Source of the DNA: Macrostomum lignano
Taxonomy: Eukaryota
Direction: 5' to 3'
DNA length: 37,644 nt
Assembly (NCBI GenBank): GCA_002269645.1
Contig: NIVC01004702.1
Coordinates: 1-37,644, forward strand
Of this stretch, positions 31,141 through 37,644 are shown piece after piece. A model generated the notes under the pieces. It ran no database searches. It saw only the letters and a list, made by a program, of their open reading frames with translations, and had not been told where the DNA came from. A program made the translations under genes and the position numbers. Each line of letters opens with the position of its first letter. Within the stretch, counting starts at the first letter, position 1.

Positions 31141-31390
31141 GTCAGTTTTAGATGCTTGTGCAGCATGCCAAAGGCAGAAAGTTTTTATTGGCAAGGCAAT
31201 GAATGAGTAAAATTTTCACATTTTTCGTTAACAAAAATGGGCGTTTGTCTACAGAATTCAAATTCGTGCCAAATGGTAAACATTTTTAAAGGACGGTTAA
31301 GCGCATATAAACACTTTTAAACAGCTATGGAATCTGCAAACATTGTTTTAATAGAGATAAGAGTTTGTTTGACATTTACATGTATATCAC

Positions 31391-32089
31391 AAGGACGACT
31401 TAAGTAGAAGGACGGGAAACCTCGTTTCTTAGAAAAGTTTTGAAGGCACTTTTTCCCGAAAAAATACACTACGGAGATAGGAAGTTTTCATTTTTTCAGC
31501 ACAAAAATTGTTATTGCGTTTGATAGGAGGCAGATCCAGTGTTCATCTTTTGATATGTTGTGCCTTTTTTATTGCTCTATCGATATTTATAAAGCTTTTC
31601 GTTCAGAAAATTAGGATTCTATGTTAATTTTTTATTCTACGTATATTTCCTGTATCTAAAAATCACAAAAATGCATGACACAGCTCCAATATTTGGTTTT
31701 ATGAACCTATTTTATCATCTCTGTTACAAATATTTGCTACACAGTCGGGTAAGAATGATAAAAAAGACTCATGAAGCTAAAGAGCCGAGCCGTGGCATTC
31801 TAATGTATTTCAAGCACAAGACACGCGAAAATATACGTAGAATAAAAAATTAACATAGAATCCTAATTTTCTGAACGAAAAGCTTTATAAATATCGATAG
31901 AGGAATAAAAAAGGCACAACATATCAAAAGATGAACACTGGATCTGCCTCCTATCAAACGCAATAACAATTTTTGTGCTGAAAAAATGAAAACTTCCTAT
32001 CTCCGTAGTGTATTTTTTCGGGAAAAAGTGCCTTCAAAACTTTTCTAAGAAACGAGGTTTCCCGTCCTTCTACTTTTAAAGTCGTCCTT
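31391..32089. mobile_element. Foldback-type non-autonomous element with near-identical arms of about 260 bp
   Basis: Arms 31391-31648 and 31829-32089 differ at only a few positions by eye. Termini AAGGACGAC...GTCGTCCTT. Flanks ATATCAC / ATATCAA are a possible TSD. Confidence 0.88.
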
Positions 32090-34101
32090 ATATCAACGTT
32101 TAGCGTTAATTTGAATTGGATTTATTTAAACAATTCAAACAGAAATGCTCTTTAGTTAAAACATTTCTCTGAATTTCTCGTCTCTTATGTTTCTACTCGT
32201 AATTTTAGTTGTGATTACATTGTTTTCGGACGTTTCAATTCTAGAAGCATATGTTTTTCAACCCAAAATTTGATTATAGCTATATTAATCATATCCAAAT
32301 ACCGGAAACATAAGTTTATTTCAAAATTTTTAAACATCTATTAGCAAATTAGTCGATCATTTGGCTAGCTAGAGAATTAATACATAGATGAAAAAATATA
32401 AAAAATAATTTCAGACAAGCCCTGCATGGCCTACTTATCCGACCAAAATAAGGCAGTAGTATATTTAATGTGCGCGTGAATAAATTTGCAAATCAATGTG
32501 GAACTATTTACACAAGTATGCTTTCTTGCGATTCACAGGAAGCACGTATAGTTATTTGTCCTGGCGACATGGCGTTAAACATCAAAGCAAGTATTTTTGT
32601 TTACTAAAAAGTTTACGACAAAGATCGTCCAACAACAAATACTACTCCAAAAACTCGCTTCGATAGACTGCGTGTGGATCTCAAGACTTTAAGTTTGTCA
32701 TGAAAATTTGTCATACAAGTTTAAGAATCATGATATAGCTACACCACAATGTATGCTTGATATGTGCTTGATCTGTGTGTTAGCTGACATCAGTAGGTCA
32801 TAATTAAAAAATTGTCCAAATTATAGCAAGTTGAGAATCGAGAAACATTAAGATCTAATAAACGAATTCTAGCTATCGTAAAAACGATTTCTAGCTAGCT
32901 GAAACAAATCGAAACAAAAAACAATATAGAACCACTGATAATAAACGAGACGTATAGTTAACACCAGACTGATACGAGCGTGCAATTCTTCGAAGGCCGG
33001 ATTTTGCTCTCAAATAAATTGTAAATCAAAAAAGAATTTCTCCGTTTTCAGCACGAAATTGACTTTTTACCAGCAAAAAAGTTTACAACAAAACTGCAAC
33101 TCTAACTGCAAATTATATCCAAGATTTTTACTATAATTATTTCAGATAGCTATAAAAGAAATTATTATTGACTATTACGGTTTGGAAAGTTGCCTGTGGT
33201 GATCGCCCTTTTAACTAGTGTAGATAATGCTAATACATTTTGAAAATGAAGAATAATTGTAATAAAAACAATAATTAACTTACAACAATTATTGCACGAG
33301 CTCGTATAAAAAATAAATTAAACTTTAATAAAATGAAACAACAATATATGTTGAAATACTTACCAACTTAATTTTTGAGCTAATTATAAAGTAAAACATT
33401 CCTATCACGAAAAAATGGGTTTCAATTAAATTTTAATCAGTTTTCAGGGATGCATTAGCTTCGTTTGCTATCAGTGGTCCTTTAAACAAATTTTAGAAAA
33501 GGCTCTGGTTTGTTTTTCTTTCAAACGAAAGAACCGAAAAACTCGAAAAACAGCAATAATTACGTACTTTGAAATCTGAGTATGCCAACAGGACTTGAAG
33601 TAAGTCTATGACTGAGACTAAAAGATTGAACAACTGTCAATTAAGAATAAACAGTAATTAACAGCAAATTAAGCTAATGATAAATTTGCATTTACTCACC
33701 GAAACGAACGGAATAATCATTGAACATTGAACTGTCCTATAATACGATCCTAAACATCGAAAACAATTACGAACAGAGGCTAAATTCAAAGTAAATAAAA
33801 ATACACAACGGACTTTCTATTGCACAAACTATTAAAATATTGCACACTTTAGAAAAGATAAGAAATTTAAAACTGGGATTACATACAATTACAAAGTCTG
33901 TGGTCAGTGCATCAGGAATGACAGCATGCATGCAGGCTGAGCAATGCAAAATCAATTGACATTATAATTTCGTTCTTGATGTTCTTTGAATTCGATTTAA
34001 TCAAAAGCCAGTTAGTAACTTTCAGTCTAAATTAAGCTATCAATAGCGTTTGTTTGAACTTATAATTAATCGGCTTTAACAGCATCGAATTCAAAACTGA
34101 G

Positions 34102-37100
34102 TCACAATAAAGGGCGCCGCGAAACTTGTTCGAGATTAACGCTGTCGGCATTACAGAATCTCCTCGCTATTCCAGCCGCCATCTCGACCAGACTTGCTTG
34201 ATGCGGCCTGTTGCTGTTGCTGCCCACTTGAATACTGCTGTCGAGTCTCTGCAAAGTGAGACAAGTACATGCAAGTTCATCTCGGATGGGGTGCAGGGTG
34301 GCTGTCTGTTTGATCTGAGATGGGGTGGGTGTCGGTCTATTTGATCTGAGATGGGGTTGGGTCTCGGTGTGTTCGAACTGAGATGGGGTGAGTTTCGCGG
34401 TCTGTTTGATCTGAGATGGGGTGGGTGTCGGTCTGTTTGATCTGAGATGGGGTTGGGTGTCGGTCTGTTTGATCTGAGATGGGGTTGATGTCGGTCTGTT
34501 TGATCTGAGATGGGGTTGATGTCGGTCTGTTTGATCTGAGATGGGGTTGATGTCGGTCTGTTTGATCTGAGATGGGGTTGATGTCGGTCTGTTTGATCTG
34601 AGATGGGGTTGATGTCGGTCTGTTTGATCTGAGATGGGGTTGATGTCGGTCTGTTTGATCTGAGATGGATGGGGTGGGTGTCGGTCTGTGTGACCTGAGA
34701 TAAATGGGGTAGGTGGCGGTCTGTTGCATCTAAATGGGATCGTAAAAGTCTTTTTGACCTGGGAATGGTTTTTTAAATGAGTTTGTTGCACACACAGCAT
34801 ATTCATGGGCATTTAACTCGAAACAAAGTAAACAGATCTCATTTGTTATTCTGCATTGTATATGCTTTAGCTTGTAAAAGCGATAATGTCTCAAAAAAGG
34901 TGAGAGCTAGTTCATTCATTTCATCATTTGCTAAATATGAAAAGCTTACATGCAGATTATATCAAAGAATGTTATTTTGTATAAAAAATCGTAATTGAAC
35001 AATACATGCAAGATCCCAGAATGGCATCATCCGAGATCTGCAGATTTAATAGCCAAGCAATTTACCTGTTGGTCTCATCAATGGAATTTGGCCAGTTGGG
35101 TATCCAAATACTGGCACAGGTCCTACGAATTCGAAGTCACAAAGAAATTTTTGTCCAACTTAAGCAACTAGGCTGGACACAGCTGCTGAAACATCTGTAA
35201 ATATTTATGGCCTCACTCGGCTATGCTGGACACAAATGCAATATCTGTAAATGTCTATGGCCTCACTCGGCTATGCTGGACACAGATGCAATATCTGTAA
35301 ATGTCTATGGCCTCACTCGGCTATGCTGGACACAGATGCAATATCTGTAAATGTCTATGGCCTCACTCGGCTATGCTGGACACAGATGCAATATCTGTAA
35401 ATATTTATGGCCTCACTCGGCTATGCTGGACACAAATGCAATATCTGTAAATGTCTATGGCCTCACTCGGCTATGCTGGACACAGATGCAATATCTGTAA
35501 ATGTCTATGGCCTCACTCGGCTATGCTGGACACAGCTGCAATATCTGTAAATGTCTATGGCCTCACTCGGCTATGCTGGACACAGCTGCAATATCTGTAA
35601 ATATTTATGGCCTCACTCGGCTATGCTGGACACAAATGCAATATCTGTAAATGTCTATGGCCTCACTCGGCTATGCTGGACACAGATGCAATATCTGTAA
35701 ATGTCTATGGCCTCACTCGGCTATGCTGGACACAGATGCAAAATCTGTAAATGTCTATGGCCTCACTCGGCTATGCTGAACACAGATGCAATATCTGTAA
35801 ATGTCTATGGCCTCACTCGGCTATGCTGGACACAGCTGCAATATCTGTAAATGTCTATGGCCTTACCTGATTCAGCTCGCTGTCTCTTTTTCTTTTGCCG
35901 CCGCCTGTGAAGAGCCGGCGCAGGCTGCTGCTGAGACTGCGATTTCTGCGCTGCCCGCTGCCGAATTCGTCGGTAGGAGGAGGATTCGCCTGAATCGGTT
36001 GCTGCTGATAACCGTCTCCGTAGCTGTAGGGCTGAATTGAGTAGCCGCTAGTACCAGTCTGCTGGGCGTAGTAGCTTTCATCTGAGAACACCTGGTCTAT
36101 GCTTGGCGAACGTTGTTGCTGCGGCTGCTGCTGCTGCTGTTGTTGCTGTTGTTTTCCAGTTGACTTCCGGTCGGGACCACGGAACACTCGACGGAACCGA
36201 CTGGCAAAACTGCCAGATCGGGACGCTTTCTTGCCTACGTAGGGTTGAGGATTTGAAATGATCGTTATCAAAATCCCAAATGACCAAATTGACTAACAGA
36301 ATAATCACCTTTCGATTTTGTTGTACCGCGACCATCGTCTTCGCCGGGAATCTGAAAAAGTACGCAATAAAACTACGTGTTTTTATTCTGATCGTTTTGT
36401 CTTTCGATGCATATGAATGTACTTCTATGATCAAGGGCAGCACACGTTCACATTTGTGACTACATGGATTATTACTTTTTTTGCATTTTTTCTGAGCAGA
36501 CATTGTACATAGCAAGCAAAACATTGTAACTCTCCTAGGTGACTTTATAAGCTGAAGGACAACAGTTTATAAAGATTGACAAGGGTGACAGAAGGTCAGG
36601 AAACTTCTGATAGTATTCAATACAAACATCGTGACAATAAGAAAGTAAATGTCCAATTTAAAAAAGGGTTTGGTCGGCCTTCTCTGAGCTTGGTTAAATC
36701 ATGTCTTACCGACAGATTGAGTCTGCCTAATGATTGTGAGCAGGCACTCCAATTCACTGCAGGGTATGGAATAAGTCGGCATGTAGCCACGGTATTATCG
36801 TGCAAACTATATAATATTCAAATCATAGCAATCATCAAATCAAATACACTGTAGGCAATAATTAATATAAGCGACGCAAATTTCGAACAAACCATTCCAC
36901 AAAACTTGGATTTTGACCATTTTAGAAAAAAGAAATAGCCGCACATGTAATAACCTGTGTAGCTGTTAATTATAACCGCAACCAAAGTATCTAGATGTAA
37001 TAAATGAGATTATACGTGTACATGCAATAATTTCAGGTATGGTATGTACAATCAACAGGTTTTAAGGACGATTTGTGTATTAGTCCAGTAAATTAAAGAG

Positions 37101-37444
37101 GGCGCTGCACTCTTGAATACTATTTTTCATGTTATCGTTTTAATATTTTCTAAATTACTTTTTAAGTTCAGTGTGCAACGCTCTCTTTCTACAAAATTAT
37201 TGTCAATAGCATAAAATTTATAACGTTTTTTCAGTATTTTTGATGTAGTAATTTTTTGTTTTAATTAGTTGAATTTGTTATACTGTTTAAAAAACTATGT
37301 GATTTTTCGAGTCTGTCTTTGGTTTCCAAAATCTGCGCACCATATTTAGCACTGGCAGACTCTGTGTGAAGTCCATTTCCAGTTGATTGTCACCGGTTGA
37401 GGCCAGAGAGGCCATGGAATTTTCGCCTTGATTTTCATGGGAGT
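34102..37444 (-). CDS. Orphan low-complexity gene, 5' part beyond the window; exons 37444-37341, 36351-36309, 36234-35867, 34248-34102
   Basis: AG acceptors and GT donors with chained phases (0,1,0) give SHENQGENSMAS...VLNM|IPGEDDGRGTTKSK-G|KKASRSGSF...polyQ...SELNQ|RLDSSIQ...RRPLL*. The last exon and stop are the least certain part. No family recognised. Confidence 0.55.
34300..34735. repeat. 31-bp minisatellite GTCGGTCTGTTTGATCTGAGATGGGGTTGAT
   Basis: About 13 copies; units start at 34521 and 34552, for example. Confidence 0.95.
35193..35866. repeat. 50-bp minisatellite with a 4-unit (200-bp) higher-order repeat, abutting a splice donor
   Basis: ATCTGTAAATGTCTATGGCCTCACTCGGCTATGCTGGACACAGATGCAAT about 13.4 times. 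The variant ATATTTATGG...CACAAATGCA occurs at 35201, 35401 and 35601. Confidence 0.97.
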
Positions 37445-37644
37445 CTGCGTAATTTTAGCCGAATATAGAAAATATTAAACATATTTTTTGACAACAAACG
37501 AGCAAGATAATTCAATGCATAATTATATAACTTAATTGAAACAGTATATAGAGTATAACTGATCTTAATACATTAATAATATTTTACTGATTATTTGATA
37601 GACAATAGTATAATGCATAATGCATATATGCATAATGCCACAAA

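Noticed and set aside
31290-33481. Kolobok-like element bounded by TTAA|AGGAC ... GTCCT|TTAA
   Set aside because: Only 5 bp of the putative TIRs match; could be chance or ends of two different elements.

Overview
Intron-containing eukaryotic genomic DNA from an invertebrate animal: GC-rich exons, AT-rich introns, many poly-Gln tracts and no obvious CpG depletion. The taxon cannot be fixed from sequence alone. Seven to eight genes were reconstructed by hand from splice sites and reading-frame phases. Plus strand: a septin, a SUV39H-type H3K9 methyltransferase, two tandem TRMT10C/MRPP1 paralogues, a secreted S1 serine protease with an RVRR activation site, and an orphan secreted 6-Cys protein with a very basic tail. 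The second TRMT10C copy has lost the Trm10 active-site motifs. Minus strand: a protein ending in an SVBP/CCDC23-like motif and an orphan low-complexity gene entering from the right edge. Non-coding DNA holds many non-autonomous TIR elements (one nested pair with both TSDs readable), a 5'-truncated LINE and about ten unrelated tandem repeats, several with higher-order structure. The best candidates for new biology are the active/pseudo-enzyme MRPP1 pair, the orphan secreted protein and the long SVBP-like protein. All protein-family calls come from recalled motifs; no database search was run.
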